A DNA stretch of 64,000 nucleotides from an uncultured Ectothiorhodospiraceae bacterium (GCA_947260005.1 CAMYOL010000010.1:26227-90226); one strand, 5' to 3'; counted from the stretch's first letter, positions 33,401 to 35,732 are shown. Notes: generated by a model not told the origin, from the sequence alone. Made by a program: numbers and translations.

Positions 33401-35732
33401 GATCCGCACGAACTGGTAATCGAACACGTTCTGTTAAGGAAATTTCATTATGATAATCTCGCACCCTGGCTTGCAAACTAAGAGTTTGTCCGAGAAACTC
33501 TTCTCCAATCGGCAAGTTGAAAGTGTCTCTGGCCGCCTGCAAATTTAATGCATTTGTAAAACGGCTATCGGCATCTTCATAGGTGAAGCTATTTACAACA
33601 TTATCGTTAACCAGTAGTTCAACCCTTGTCCCTACAGCCAAAGTATCATCATTAAATTCAACGGTTACTGGAAGTTGTTGCCCGACAGTAATACTGTCAC
33701 CACTAGTTGGCGACGTGAGCGTCACTGTTGGAGAGCTGTTTCCAATTACTCTAAAAAGTCGTGAGGCTGAATTCCGGGTAGAACGATTGGATCCATGTAA
33801 TACTGCATGAACGGCAACCGTTGTTTCCTGAGTGGCGATTGATGGTGCGACCGTATCCAGTCGCCAGATCTCATAATAAACTTTCCTGGCCCGGCCACCT
33901 GCACCTGGAATCTCACGTTCTTCAACTCGAGGAAAATAGGCGGATCCGATAACCCTACCGTCCTGATAAAAATCGATATAACTAATACCATAATTACTCG
34001 CCAGTAAATCAGTTCCTTCCGGTAACTCACGTGACAACTGGAATCGTATCGGCGCCTGTTCAACCACTCGCTGCATCTCTGTCGGTTGTTCCCAAATCAC
34101 TTCGGGTATGTCCTGCTCATTTAGCGCAGTTACCACAACAGGTTGTATTGTCGTTTGAGATGATTGCCCTGCACTATCGATGGCAATGGCCTGTATCTGT
34201 AATGTGTTATTAATTAAATCATCGGTTATTGCTAATGACATTTCATACGGTGGCGTTAATCGGTTACCTATCAATGAGCCATCCATCATGAACCGGACAT
34301 CCTGTACCCCGACATCATCGGATGCATCAACAGTGATCGTTAATGTTTGTCCAACTTCAATTTGGCGTGGCAAATCCAACTCAACAACAGGTAACGCATC
34401 TTGTGCAATGACCGGCACTACCACTTGAATGGTTGGCAGGTTTTGCAAACGTATTGTGACCGGCACCGGAGTCGATGTCGGTATAATTGCGCGTGAGGTT
34501 ACATGTCCAGTCTGTTCAACGTCGAGAATACCTGTTGAGCCTGTCCCCGGAAGGTATTCCAGTGCAAATTGCTGACTTATCTCAGAGCGCGAACCATCAC
34601 TAAATACTGCAACAACCTGAGGAAGAGATGTGCGTGTGTTTAAACTCGGCAAAACAAACTGGCCACTTGAATCCAGATTTTGGACTTCCAGAGACGTTAA
34701 TTGTTTGCTGATATCCATTTCAACTGGAATAACCACAGCAGGCAGGCCGGGATAGCCAACGCTGATAGTTACACTCTGCCCTAACGTTTCCTGCAACGGA
34801 TATACTAAACCACTGTCAGTCACGGCAATCAAATCCGGATGTGAGGACGTATATGTCATACCGGTTACATTACCGGGAAGAGCGGTCACCCCGCGGAATT
34901 GAAAATCAACTGAGGGTATTATTGAGGCAGTCTCTAATAAATTTGTAAACACAATACGGTTCGGAATTGCGGTCAGGCTATTTGCAGTTTCTTCAACATC
35001 AGAGCCAGTAAAAGCAATCGTAGAGAAACTATTTTGATTTCCTGTGGAATCCACAGCATACATATCCAGTAATAACACGCCATCATGGGCAATGGCATCT
35101 GCATCAAGTTGCTGCGTGACGGGTATACTAAAACTAAATTCCGTTTGTGATTCGCGAACCGGATAAACACGAACAAAACCATCAGATCTGGCAAAAGCAT
35201 TTTCGCTCGCACGAGAGACAACACCACCGACTTGACGTAATGCCGATGCACGTATTCCAGTCACTGAAAATGCGATATACCTTATATCAATATCATCGTT
35301 CGCATTAGCGCGAACGATTAGATGTTGAATACCATCAATAAGCTGTAAGCTCACTCCGTCTAAACTTATTTCAGGGGGGGAGGTTTCCAGCGCAAAGGTT
35401 TCGACATGGACTTGACTGGTTGAATCGCGATGATTCAGAGTAATTTGTGGGGAGAATCGTCCTTCACCAACACCATTAAAGGCATACTGACAAGCGACGG
35501 GGGAATTTTCTGTGCGAATTGCATCACTAGGAGCCAGTGTTGCCTGATAAGCACCTGCAACAATATCAACCGTAACCAGATTGGTACAATCAGAAATAGC
35601 TGCAATATAACTGACTACATCCGCCTGCGATCCTATGTTACTCGCTGTACGTATATCAACGTCTGCATTGACGACGGATGAAAAGATTGACAAACAAATA
35701 CCCGCGAGGATATTCGCCCCTAAGTATCTCAC
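1..35732 (-). CDS. Giant secreted repeat-rich surface protein (adhesin-like). Partial: the C-terminus is outside the window, and at least 11,910 codons lie within it.
   Basis: The ORF track has no complete ORF longer than about 216 aa on either strand across 1-35.7 kb. That is expected if one frame stays open to the window edge. Hand translation of the minus strand at 35732 gives GTG AGA TAC TTA... = VRYLGANILAGICLSIFSSVVNA/DVD. Translation at 1-300 gives ...GAGAGGSLKITSTQINGAGTISANGGNALFANQGSGAGGLIAVYYDQYENGSTALMDG. The two ends are in the same phase (35732-5 = 3 x 11909). A GGAGG-containing purine run lies 5-9 nt upstream of the GTG, and an in-frame TAA lies about 16 codons upstream. Every internal spot check gave sensible domain sequence. 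Confidence 0.9.
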   Translation of the reverse strand, partial: MRYLGANILAGICLSIFSSVVNADVDIRTASNIGSQADVVSYIAAISDCTNLVTVDIVAGAYQATLAPSDAIRTENSPVACQYAFNGVGEGRFSPQITLNHRDSTSQVHVETFALETSPPEISLDGVSLQLIDGIQHLIVRANANDDIDIRYIAFSVTGIRASALRQVGGVVSRASENAFARSDGFVRVYPVRESQTEFSFSIPVTQQLDADAIAHDGVLLLDMYAVDSTGNQNSFSTIAFTGSDVEETANSLTAIPNRIVFTNLLETASIIPSVDFQFRGVTALPGNVTGMTYTSSHPDLIAVTDSGLVYPLQETLGQSVTISVGYPGLPAVVIPVEMDISKQLTSLEVQNLDSSGQFVLPSLNTRTSLPQVVAVFSDGSRSEISQQFALEYLPGTGSTGILDVEQTGHVTSRAIIPTSTPVPVTIRLQNLPTIQVVVPVIAQDALPVVELDLPRQIEVGQTLTITVDASDDVGVQDVRFMMDGSLIGNRLTPPYEMSLAITDDLINNTLQIQAIAIDSAGQSSQTTIQPVVVTALNEQDIPEVIWEQPTEMQRVVEQAPIRFQLSRELPEGTDLLASNYGISYIDFYQDGRVIGSAYFPRVEEREIPGAGGRARKVYYEIWRLDTVAPSIATQETTVAVHAVLHGSNRSTRNSASRLFRVIGNSSPTVTLTSPTSGDSITVGQQLPVTVEFNDDTLAVGTRVELLVNDNVVNSFTYEDADSRFTNALNLQAARDTFNLPIGEEFLGQTLSLQARVRDYHNEISLTERVRLPVRADQPPGVAVTHPVTGSSVVAGELLELRAEATDDVQVARVDFYVNDRLVGSDTNTPFSTNYQTPAAIELEQVLNIHAIAFDSRDQSTTSALVSVTLGRDETPPVVNFSSPAITQTEGGVDIAEVVEDSEVVIKVSGYDNVAVDQLELRGVRLEGARYVLTGSADDVLSGDAFAPEQIPGGLNAFSALKIMTIPNFTNAPDVVRDLYPVEVSATDATGNTSIASMTIAVVSDQSPSVVEARHERNVYFPLDNITIDVQARDDRAVESIQAQYYIDGATTAAVTQTNNVASGLIPAENVQTSFMLDLAGQALSNAAHTIRVDIIATDNRGQNSNDSAPIYSLNLSIQPDTTAPLLGISQPIRGSNLYHGNEATIQWRAVDDAQISQVQFLVADTVIETRSNLNTAQADGSFTLTVPATGNELIIEARATDIYNNLATTTWLYGLSSDEPPTISIRTPAAGSRLVEGEAFTMNVLVTDNREVSSVEIFVEQDGQNIFSRTFAQPDIDDIQSAGRYLSASMRVPHRPDAGEGVLRIGVRATDNGGLSPDPEILDIVILDDEEAPTILMEQPAADFSIMPGDSFVVQGQGDDNFYINDVVPVLVDDQDNEIELQWQTFSRTDRTENINVPNPSSFGSIIAGSRFYTSFEGRILLPLSYLAEAGRVYQFKLRALDHGVNSTETSPVNITILNDEEAPSITITDPAEQIYERQTAFLGLNITDNIGIQSYRAYILGQESTPLADVTGLNVDEININESDNIQIDLSGFTNIPPEGTPFTLIIEATDAANNVAEVSRLITVLPDQAPQVSIIEQLPVNDLTKGGLAFQSLLLTDDFVNETNPVRYFPVYTSLRGLGQTGNRDPTGENFVDTNGDNIPFVQFNYVESSGYNGGLYLDDQPYLVWQNGQMQVWPRPRANGRLRVDFGAEYSVRYHLTTYSDAACSAQVSESVIEDAQGILLSEVLAQDITAAQLRIEVLDSTQQPVDIFLQAIRIHASELGSVTSYNPGNSQRQIEVESEFVVQIKDQQEYASSGFIVSRMHNAAVRPQETTSHVLPLPIPYDIQAMQILAHATDRFSHERAAVPLNILANHRINPDDISPELTITSPATGTQVVPMKRFTIDFDIIDNSEGIRSIQLYENRTNLVRELGGKYQQQRYSIPYEVPRDLTGGELELLAVVTDHSGASTTQNLIFPIGPNENPTINLREFNAYRSITEPERLNYGEFWVRVGSDFNLRVDLDDDAGLNNYRVFRLDRNGNRIEEFSAQYNNSCPSLPIRHTSAFNTINFNQTEPTEYELVVEDTYGNTSVRTILVHPLTNMVPGIRITSPADGQFIVAGTFLIKVGVVATDDRVLSSQNIEVYANGVRLTLLEEINAIRLDDEIGGAGAIQQAFSSMYADIAQNYTVDLANEFGRRSSANALTEGFVLSVPSGLIDSNESVTLTALIRDSDNAVARHEITIEAAADEINPEVAITQPAIDYGPSEFSDFTLGFRGFDNVKVTQLELYTTYGVQLNSGEYVTNSFGTPLRTITAIEDRDFEPVTTLNIDTPEFLQLIHVDRLADIINLFPNQTITGTELFDIWIRVVARDASGNSRTREIRYPVRIDERPVVDIASPAPGSRIVESTQLSVNVNAFDDVGIDSLRLVATHAAGNSEIYNVLLRQPPYGFAVTMPAYDAQTAANNLVTLRVEAIDTYGAAFGDLDQHRAIEEFTIEIIEDQPPTVAISVPANLSTVIEGEYMLVQVNGVDDVGLERVVLDVAGLTSGDRTFTDTSFPYEFLISIPYGQAGTDVSMTASATEYRLSGNPRIATTLSPTVVLVQADTQAPEVNVQLPVSSGTTVVERRSFPFVAEADDNVRVSIFTSQLRADKNLDGAFTEDEVVVQHQMLAAPYAGNLRVGTLEEYLGTQAEGVDQLAMELHFIARDGAGNETVVIRPMTLIRNTPPNVTDLQILDSRGFSLGATITEITEGRGFIVNVLASDPEAGVDSVRLYKALNNGEYELVGEDQSAPFQFHMQSPTGNVGAVLNFRADATDIDGYTSDQSTIKSLTVVADQPPTAQIVLPTNDESVIIDGQNIEVLVEVIDDLGVDGVDRVVFYINDVAVDTVYDNYSQQVGSVAQEHIYGSSITPPEGANGFVIHAVAFDVVGHSVQTAPVRVGLVEDTVVPRLGVLTPFEGEILISNEPVRAVVAITDIGSETDRRVYMNWIRETRNEENGDWVEVSSVLRELVRNDVRAVGDTTPVSDPDNYYYIYWDDFVDGNILVREAARNERVRIVTSVQTPNHTVESETIHEVGLPISEKRYLATNDPATAGTVARDTARSVYYTAVSQFRSPDRTNAMIAAWANVDPMRIEEGLGNLLDHELVRELGDPQRVKPRTGIFILDDSNELNFGDGNHYVYSELLAGASQIFAGTISELYTDSGFVLAAKSGELPDIDSTGSGGFATSLESRINQNTETGGVYTENTNGELLIFTIQNGDEQFGLPYLLAGRIDMPYPDVYGVARKDDVAFVANGNGGVQVMDISNLTAPYHVGYIKPNGFSRDVVIKDTYAFIAASHEGLVIADIADPSMPIIATLDTFGVANRLQIVGDKIYVTDMAGDGLVSQLNIISIADPYQPRLLRSVDLHPAVPDYVADGSYDVTVAGGKAYVTVHYSDQEDRPIESLVEVIDLAKLEIPREDATVPAIIHRPAGTFDFAARGLTIARGALHVAAGKQGINRIDLPTLSILGHTPVSDERNISTELAAIEIELSAVLPTDTDLSTAVRVVQDDPTIGVDVTNQFTIDFGVRDNLPAYRFITLTRNDGQPLQLNSQYYVILSAGLTPLTGQALPEDYQFAFSTSPAGALAQPDIVSLTPATGSIEGGTAVIIRGLNFGQTPQIRLGGQRLIVDRIEAPTVEDPYERIFARTVPNYAGPAAIQVTNDAGLIDTVIGAFTYVDILQISFIDPPVVRVNQVIEGNTVNFIGDRVRVVGYGFHDGVELIAYPTGQPELAETNPVDQDRLSLYSAEQLDWVVPDFGGSYRGFVDVEVRDANGRRFLLPNALFYGRLSVDRRLETEQAFSRSEINQLLGADGSTPLTYVPDALKLPPGKISGLASDHNLGLIYVLGRGVLDGDVQPNETENLEEFNHYFAPGWISLVSYQRDDLGQAAPMHGLGYFNLPQDLISHDIHLTDSHVYVTAHGYHFPLIDTPYEDKKVVLVYDRETRLPGQSAPDQSKDRDVLYALPLNFEGIPTSIDSLGNLLFVASREDGVAVVSIADPLKPSVVRILNQGNADGVNVALHPTELNVVGNQLHVISRSARFVFDITKPSLPQLGYSVTGSLSTPLAGTQTFAQAIGVGDVSIHDSTYPNYIRGLGEYDGRGFDIPGSNQAIAAQSTIAVTGKEIGSSSPCIDVLTGDQHLYARDAYLSIFDTSRPDLISLIDSIKVLDCRTGILKYVHMTDDGIALAATSHSSYKKAEIENDSELLLIDTLTLDLVESYPLAGATAVPTGEQLALTFTLPITIPSGDTALAYLSNYLALLYDDGSPEGQNVTINIELDSTDARRVLITPSTELLADSSYRIRLNGVLGSRRSIGLFDHTIEFHTATNANPEPVITSVSPNIILTSGEPFTVTVRNADAPSFLLAGEVAAELSSTQIDSNNTSYVLNAPPGLAGPAELQVLNANGATHRIVGAIQYVEPLVLNSVSPEQGSVNGGTTLQISGGGFRPGLSRVSVLFDGIPALEQDIKVLDADTIEVVTPPGRIGLSDVSVVLDTGQQATLEDAFAYQQPVQSNIRYGGRIHDMALDPTGTYLITAGSADLQGSGITIYNIAASTYTGDDRNPLNSDSLRELVDVDGDGADDRIVVHVPLPGGYEALGLATFFERGVDRVFVTAARFDRDGPVENSARLFIVNFDSTNITDTSIIQSLPLPSDFARGIEVKNNQAVIAMGAAGVGLVDAYLHTKLYLADQIRLPDNKPALDLTRLNTAVNEPSRYAVVAGEYIATSNTLLNADDPTSGGFYILEQDPVAGLRVVSELDVPASRVVVQGNIAYLSAGDAGLVIVDIQDSNNPRVISRVNTVGHVFDVSVNGNTAYIARGAAGILTIDVTNPANPIVTAGMEAYDTNSIEVVLAGAYAAYSAGLSSSGGSMVQVTPDVVLRIHRIDPGNGILDRDANGNLTMYLRFNKAIDLWDSNLNLFELLRSNGESLAIDTQIINNDAIITLRQPHGLSVGDAITLVARAGIDAVKPLPADRYVVLYSLQQDQRFPLVYRGSRPDTIQLDAALPRRIPVNQPQSISISGLGIPTDISRVKVYVSSVQATVTEIQSNDTQERAAIIYADVPAISEAGFYDVTVEVEKSGVWERAVLFGGLMVDAPIEINSITPEWGPYTGGTTVIVNGAGFEPGNTVMDGIDVRIGSIPVASVRVLSTELMEIVTRGGPSGKNDFVAEDRYGNRSSLVGEQGFGFGLRKLGEQHSSSVFPRDIYVDQESGVAITNGGYVTEGYEIQLISDLPFPETIRAASFDIQDPLQTQLVGGAPSLPTGTDGRAALLRHAEYISLAGRQFDQSVGGSSTLSEADADRLASLDGSEIAMPIDSLQLFPTVEMEEGVPRKRLYVANGSAGVARLNLDEQNGLQFLSQVLDDEQADHVIDIYKYGHSLFAARALNADGRMPLEPCSTGIARYGVGVIERLNYVVANDPVYVGQINNLTGQNVIYSDGEWLYAGGERSATRWKTFAECSLFREFTASTPTALQPGEEINLSAVNLFDPILTRQYRFESNILDVVSYGDYLVVAVGGEGIQIFHKERPDNRTTLRVDAQLQANAGSAVKLQRYGNLVFVASSGGGVVVVDISEPLNPYVLSAGNTESIQGLDVYKGRMISGGAANGLMTFELPGSFVMTSSVDENQYLAANEDITLTFNERITQESITEAGAVDVVRLDTNSPIAFTVSPINLIENHAQSYLLSFAREAGVRYQLRVNNARNLRGRTLWRPYVQHVRAAATSATRPVITQVDNGVFHRGNSQDILIQGDNFRNDASLRVFVDQYELIPEWVSAQTLRIPAGALEVLPLQLGEHHLRVRDNELVAALPGSIIIAEDLTLVNFQVSPESGSISGGATISVKASTDAILPGTKVIMRSRNNEIRTEEVSPGVYISDLKDDVKTLSEFEFRLPGVVEPDLYEIFLAMPDQEILVGEVSYTADAGRDIDLPNYPPMVIGGAEIRQDILFLGVKAGTEPTEENRFLMPSGFEIYDINVWDRPVRLAQLRTANPVTGVATYDNTAYLASGSDGLLVVDIHDYSQPTVITNIGVPGNSATDVAINRTSGVLAMSVANELGSGFIRFFDIHDPELDAPLGYQSIIFTQGELLGQPVDIQWLGDQLYVLLKRGRELYLVIIDNVATQPTFTVQLIERATINDLNDASFVVQYGQIAITAGQNYLVLQPDTSTGLYETVYWQANDGSNDEIISNQGGIFIATNQGVTDTPVPDLAITDIQPASGQTISQSEVIRIQFNKLINTDMTELLADILVTNQSGVPLAEGTYSIEGFNTLAGGYVEIQFTNAQSNNGTVNINVTTGMTEIGGDPLLVAQQFSYNLVSSNRVSINRVGRVVDNIVGSYFFHADGTEEAAIIGSGFGTDVAQLSLQIGETIINQTEIISLVDTEIRFTLPNMLLGVGSASLPVVITRDGLSTTLNGAIVIQPRVELQDVYPVSGPPQGGNIVDIYGRGFNNNISVKFGGNVAGDLNVLSSSHVQVRAPSGTFGYVTVSVENALFPDELSALNDAYFYAGRETGSVDLSQTGHSSSPVTAIELNGQILYAVTGGGYEAIDREGRILGRPTTSRGQLVVADVSDPVNPVIVEKLFADEMFPYHLNVNLPPDGFRDLTIAGQDMFLIGGNHLYHFDITLQAEPLLLDDISFATNDEVNGIAVRDELLYVTGDFGLKIYRIQSDRTLLELRTVDVNELGGIPTEVDIHADYLRVMVPMTSQIHEIDLMMGDFAIVNTISLRDLSNNPVIPQGMLSHEDMLFVSTGQTGTVLLFEVQPNNATPVVAQLSLAYLVQNGDLNAGDMMLYGQTLYVASGQGDVQLFDIAPWLDNRYRTTIGLRHYFSVTGAVDAMAFGGDAIYAGTSFVYVDDEPTENPIDVGATIGNLGGALNTIVNDQLSIVEQIPLPRGNLPVDQAVEIQFNRILDTFQILEQGDSLVTVTLAGVPVEGYVSTQITNSGTRLIFRPAQVFESDREYRITFSAAIVDLHGETLTEDYSFRFVAVDELMPQIESLQPPYGSWRGGNEITLTGDNFDSASQVVIGGITIDPTEIISVTSTQLTFRLPALSEPPAGNKVVGIAVNNGLMRQFRAGQFTYVAEPMIESIGTFDRVSGELNVSEKRVIFNAGEYLAIEGSGLNSLTTITVNGQLAPDVRVEGPTRISFLTPENTIGRLVVGASNLSNAADRIENNEITVELPAVQRLARLSENISARAGDLLLTIGQENNNNIAKLYTTRDAAAPVWLSDIPLGTQTVHNITLSERYAMLSVGDNHELLIYDIANVYAPEQINRIFNPLAVDHGSLHLNKQKFITLGGTELHVGHVRGADWEVYAHSAIDVALDKNNVYLLFNDRVEARSLSDFDTVTASYLHLLTTTPQKLIVSPQRLVLLGQDQIELLSTASLSDQTSFDSLGVSATSDLVGLRAIALGGELLAAIKGTFGNLSLALYDVNLTQDNVLELAEVTTVLASQTELTNATDLRIVGNLIEWNRAAQTDATYYNVDNPVPNIVDVLPSTAIATETEIVGFSISGERRAWENVILEVRDNTTTALLNGDSRLLGEEIQFRLLGDTYTVGEHYNVSLFNSPANLIQGGQLNFDLPWKLATTAIFGLTPFELHNLQPSTTITGSTTQYTLSGQLLDQIETLAVNDQPVPANSWNVSADGSQLQFTLSLATSGVYSVTATQAGHEDTLPVAIVATQALQVSSVSSDNSRGIDRVSDIGGDQVTITGSGFDGDMSVHFFESGAGFTPNDINSIAFAVTTAGITFSSPRVEPNRNYQIVVRKAVTNEEVVAATTLLGVDDTRPVMTGSQELDYTTPLRLVFDETVQAAGFSVMATSEDYSGDAIQDISGQFELRVLDNIVELRLLVGAALEHNHRYAININGISDEFANIPTNSSSNAGSLSNGNFSMQFAANDTLAPQDITLTRADNGLPLDLAMLLTRGRSYQFNIGATDNRTNISNMQIQVRRSTNAGLSFGGWENVNGNVITQAVEESAQNLAYIIQTTDSSGNAIQQRFDVGVSDPQLNISAVYTQPAQVEELSRADIRFDISGDVDLISETQMRVRDRWYPVNFIAETAAAGYASLSYLNPRLSEISPDTQIPVELRVIYGFGATRSATDAYTLLLDATAPTITIASPVDGDRIAINEPVDLILQSFDRYGIDRVEVSMNGAAYQQLSNPNLFSFTPTTFDPVLISARAWDPNGNVSTVANATLQPFDASAGEPQLSILDPENGSTYHEGETIALEVVMRQINTAELYFDIGGIPSTLAAATVSRTVDDPERFQYSVTLPQITGNSVVVVRLEAGGLRARRYLNVLEDAGIEADPEITVIPTNEVLTGSELWVSANSPQDMTDFSDSSSLTIQDPASGSVTAGFDMNVGPRAVTVSETGTEISVTANLRDRSNNQRSLTETITKIPYLSSVLTSIYTPASDDEQIEHMLTIPGVNSTGDDLVWVVNRRSGGYQIHDVNGVITSQAAGRIERLYYSGRGLVAQEFRTGNRYLIYIPVVNGAFASPVSTPLFGEIIGASGSTVYTQHGRMIDGYHYTGDSWLPIIGQVVNEDIRSARVAQGRVFVLTETGFYGFASDALAPQQLSTLFYTAIGDRDGFTIEGNELITRAGNTAERYDLAEDGTLTLLDTMDASGLIHDVVLDGELLWMLADGPFADQTWQVWRGVDRVGLHNANVHQIVFAGNSLYELTDSIQRRDLIAENNTTLLQATLVEDTTGVIIENVSGNLTLGGDETYFRDASDQPLTATPIWRNGNQAWFIPRRDITGGEIQVVQVDRSGNEQRLGLARTIAPLTLVNNVIPDPVIPLSEGARVPFVVSLDPSSRVSTQSTVMATLTQALSQFSGNQNYQWIEIPLGTSLAIDYQSDGTLVNSYLYNPVVNEPDLDQVTIARPVSNQAFTEGQDVVIEFSASESTPDSYQYTEVGLYDFNQQLIARRFVKTLTGRLALRLPSVTEQQILYLRVRAYYDDDYRYSEQQTGIRVFPQLNIPPLQVSGISTEVMVGSELPVSITSTIPAGVTANIVMYDEVDNLLAAGDASASMTVPAGISTVRIVASVVDAFGNGQVEEHRVRVINPLQISISGINRNFNVALADVGETWFALGRNLYNRSGVELATLESDITSMTHLGDRLLIGLRNLGIVFVDPTDNFRVLGTHAVVGEVTRLAANSGQVIAIIDGAVHGFRTAGNALEPVGDLGIVGQGIDVQAMKNEFVVVTSQQLARVGTNLTVSRRINGSFTGMVLHRNHIYISANTGRLHVFDENWNEQRFELGIQTERLLALQGSLLSLSSELDQIQVVDVRSPNKPQIIGRFNYDLGDNAQRAIVSDGQLWIGNGISDVYQLQRQSQTPVNEYTTVRARGSVDTVAMEDGQLIAAADFYGAVNYAQLDSGEWQASPYPSAYSEATTDVAVRGEHRYLLQPDFLRVIALNEINQRSVIFQGQAYQQLVVTDDLVVVAAGSMLYLADRRNPAVTSSYSIGGDSIVALAAVGNTIFVSTTAGFVQRIDIPSLPVVNAEVETATLLSSAEPIQILASDGDHLFYADQNVIHRLRLNDNIDTPLVLSGLISALEYSQGNLWVATQNQVQAVNVSTWQQLATNILTAATVTSLDVDFNRLFVGLGSSGVLLYELGMDLGSVNPALESPRANTVYQQGDSIELSLLDATGINSVRYRIEGQQVGVSYSAPFALSVPVPATLRNGQAFTITTEVETVWGDIVASEARRVTLQGEDLPANPFSVSLQLDNFYLPKPLEMRANIANSTQAIQQVEFHYSSNSAGPYELIGKHYGPEYVIYRNFTEAESGGYIKARAIDRFGNVALTSPLIFQRLPDIFPPSAEFSLDATTIGSQPVGGHAFTVNVDINDSGSGVDVALLRRNGLIVAAAFDSGVLSYTELAPAAGTTFDYVMTVVDRSGNERNVSQSYTTVLDNPPQISSVVVPATVREQSSFTVRVNALDDLAIREITTIWRGVPQTYSAGNAIQFNRNVSITDPRSIRVTQDLTENLTVKVVDSLGQEVVSQHNITVIADTSPNAALASIDVQPFSFFNTLIPVRINGVDAIDDGGASNLTYQVIDISSGVERPLGRAYYSSRCDCARVTIRTLLDEADGTQFSFFVRITDMLGQQSDTQPVTVTLTQRPSDIRFFADGDPTLNPSLVAVGEDLPMRIRVVDSSARPVPNMEAVWELRAADGSVVNLGNTFTDVSGLSTMNVDTLRVSGLYQVRVYLREYVSIAQAHNVELIAGAARSIYIDNIASLEPENEFNIQIRAYDAGGNTVTTDSVSQVEFTINDPDFYFGFTNQVAIEILSDQDGVTGQRATVTLENGQATVPVIASRTAGDYSIDVSYQVGSELTTFYDNDNNPVTDAVQTNVLPVTVYPGEPVGFHFVELDKTNVQYGDADRLEVGETQTMQLAVVDAYYNVVSTVNNSGIREDANFTAVIALTGDATSDAQANPVTLDMQRGTADFPVTDLTIEAIDLSISSVTPQPGTLLTDETYGLEFLKLRPHIVSANYVTVHNTTDTPFVFNFSEPVIENTSGRLITLSLDGVEIEGSTVLASNTLEFAPNAPLELNRCYDYSLSGSVLVGDAANDAVLNQQEQVCAPQVAIAAQPTAFILEGTAQNLNLVYGVGINPAVITSGTIDIDGATSLFDWATGGFTAPTHTGTNVVDGTSVTIAIAGTIDTSPLRVANTISLNVLQVDADFDGDGIPNGFEIQMGTSPTLIDSDGDGVADSNEDTDGDGLSNYDEIVNGTNPNLTDSDFDGLSDGDEVNQYATNPSEPDTDNDGLRDGLEIDTGNDPLDNTSHNVAAYVTGLVVTPSTADLVLTSSTPPLQLTVVAEITVNNVAYQLNVTPDSYGTTYSSSNDSVATPLADGSIDIVAAGDATITVTLGSISATSTLAIQVTGGEVVTLRLMDRQPAQALYAGSDYARISLEAEANIPFNTNNITLTLDGVVISDRLYHDSYDGNTLQQAIDLQDSLGLPYYHVEDNNQIIHITLPTGVPVTAQGNLTAIIPVNGEDRQFDISVPVVADPVTQVAVIDVLPATLDRQVGESLDIPLSITDAGLNNINVQYLLDGVPLTNKYSKHPAINLNSVVADTIVGQDMNGYFDVPVKYHRLILENDTYVRVSIPSFDAGYPITTYIIRDDGDLTPDDYQQYNLGNTVGEVLDMRAGSYLIAVAIDTIYSDDIADGQYNSGYDVSLVNYELELLDVTATETPTTIYNEFFTGGNNTGFVSMQEFKPVIYADRVTRYQEDYRAYVLQNADIGTHTLTVRAIESVVAMTTQTCNVAGGPRCYDAATYTLNVTDPAANCSAASVTTLYPLAGDVIYDVGFDIYANNSGGGGLGENLFNDLLGVQTANAGIGGQQLPPSYLTEATSINFRPVSFEVNAVSGVADIVWLNKPLSLNDIYVDISSVDGRHYEMKGFLAYQAMLDNNLTSLQLQITTNCGATYIHNIPVTLAADPVPAVDFGASVPTNVTMTLGEVGFIDIELADLGRNIETVELIKYTTGTTSGYVQLGEVIWNNEMGYVYDQVAGNYYYLTIHNPVQDTDNFNYRLAYRTSSLVSGTYDVVLRVTDTNGQVYTTSPRTLTIEPPILPPSISVTGVSYEPPAGESFTVSYSANHLDILDRVEINMTGPVVEGPYSLTNIQNRFASANNLPFTVADTAQPGDIITINATVYDVNGLSNLATTTVTVGNWGGTTITLSANSNVDDSMRYANIIVPTGLTLNYNYTGTPINAITLESGAVMTVYSIFGLTPGSELEVSVYDSLTIESGAELRVSNVISTNEPRNFNVLGAPHGGDGIPFSTTAPAYDDFRNPLFAGASGSRRYRNVYYKGARGGGVMHIRVPTLINNGVIHANGFDTQDDNVCTYNQSCYLGAGAGGSLKITSTQINGAGTISANGGNALFANQGSGAGGLIAVYYDQYENGSTALMDG
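3421..3711 (-). repeat. Thrombospondin type-3-like calcium-binding Asp-rich repeats within the giant protein
   Basis: Direct translation gives DADFDGDGIPNGFEIQMGTSPTLIDSDGDGVADSNEDTDGDGLSNYDEIVNGTNPNLTDSDFDGLSDGDEVNQYATNPSEPDTDNDGLRDGLEIDTG. This contains repeated DxDxDGxxDxxE calcium-binding loops. Confidence 0.85.
13500..26400 (-). repeat. Alternating LVIVD-type beta-propeller blocks and IPT/TIG domains within the giant protein
   Basis: LVIVD-like strands read directly: 15993-16035 GQLVVADVSDPVN; 17651-17695 ASGSDGLLVVDIHDY; 18975-19025 VFVASSGGGVVVVDISEP; 21320-21375 AYLSAGDAGLVIVDIQDSNN; 23681-23729 ASREDGVAVVSIADPL; 25750-25800 AASHEGLVIADIADPSMP. IPT/TIG signatures read directly: 20320-20400 ITPEWGPYTGGTTVIVNGAGFEP; 22345-22415 SVSPEQGSVNGGTTLQISGGGFRP; 24841-24917 PDIVSLTPATGSIEGGTAVIIRGLNF. 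Confidence 0.75.
27000..35350 (-). repeat. Protein-level tandem array of ~100-aa bacterial Ig-like modules (N-terminal third of the giant protein)
   Basis: A recurring module signature has the form A-x-D-D/N-x-G/A-V/I-x-x-V-x-F/L-x-V/I-N/D-G/D...P-Y/F...A-x-A-x-D-x-x-G-N. At 33241-33320 I read ATDDVQVARVDFYVNDRLVGSDTNTPF. At 27010-27055 I read NGFVIHAVAFDVVGH. This pattern is typical of Big-type Ig domains in surface proteins. The copies are diverged at the DNA level, and I spotted no long exact repeats. Confidence 0.7.
35664..35732 (-). other. Sec-type signal peptide of the giant protein
   Basis: The N-terminus is VRYLGANILAGICLSIFSSVVNA followed by DVD. It has a basic residue, a hydrophobic core and a V-N-A (AXA-like) cleavage motif. 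Confidence 0.65.

Noticed and set aside
1-35732. Classifying the giant protein as an RTX/type 1 secretion adhesin.
   Set aside because: I saw no GGxGxD nonapeptide arrays in the visible 11,910 codons, and a cleavable N-terminal signal peptide is present. The C-terminus and flanking transporter genes are outside the window, so the class is left open.
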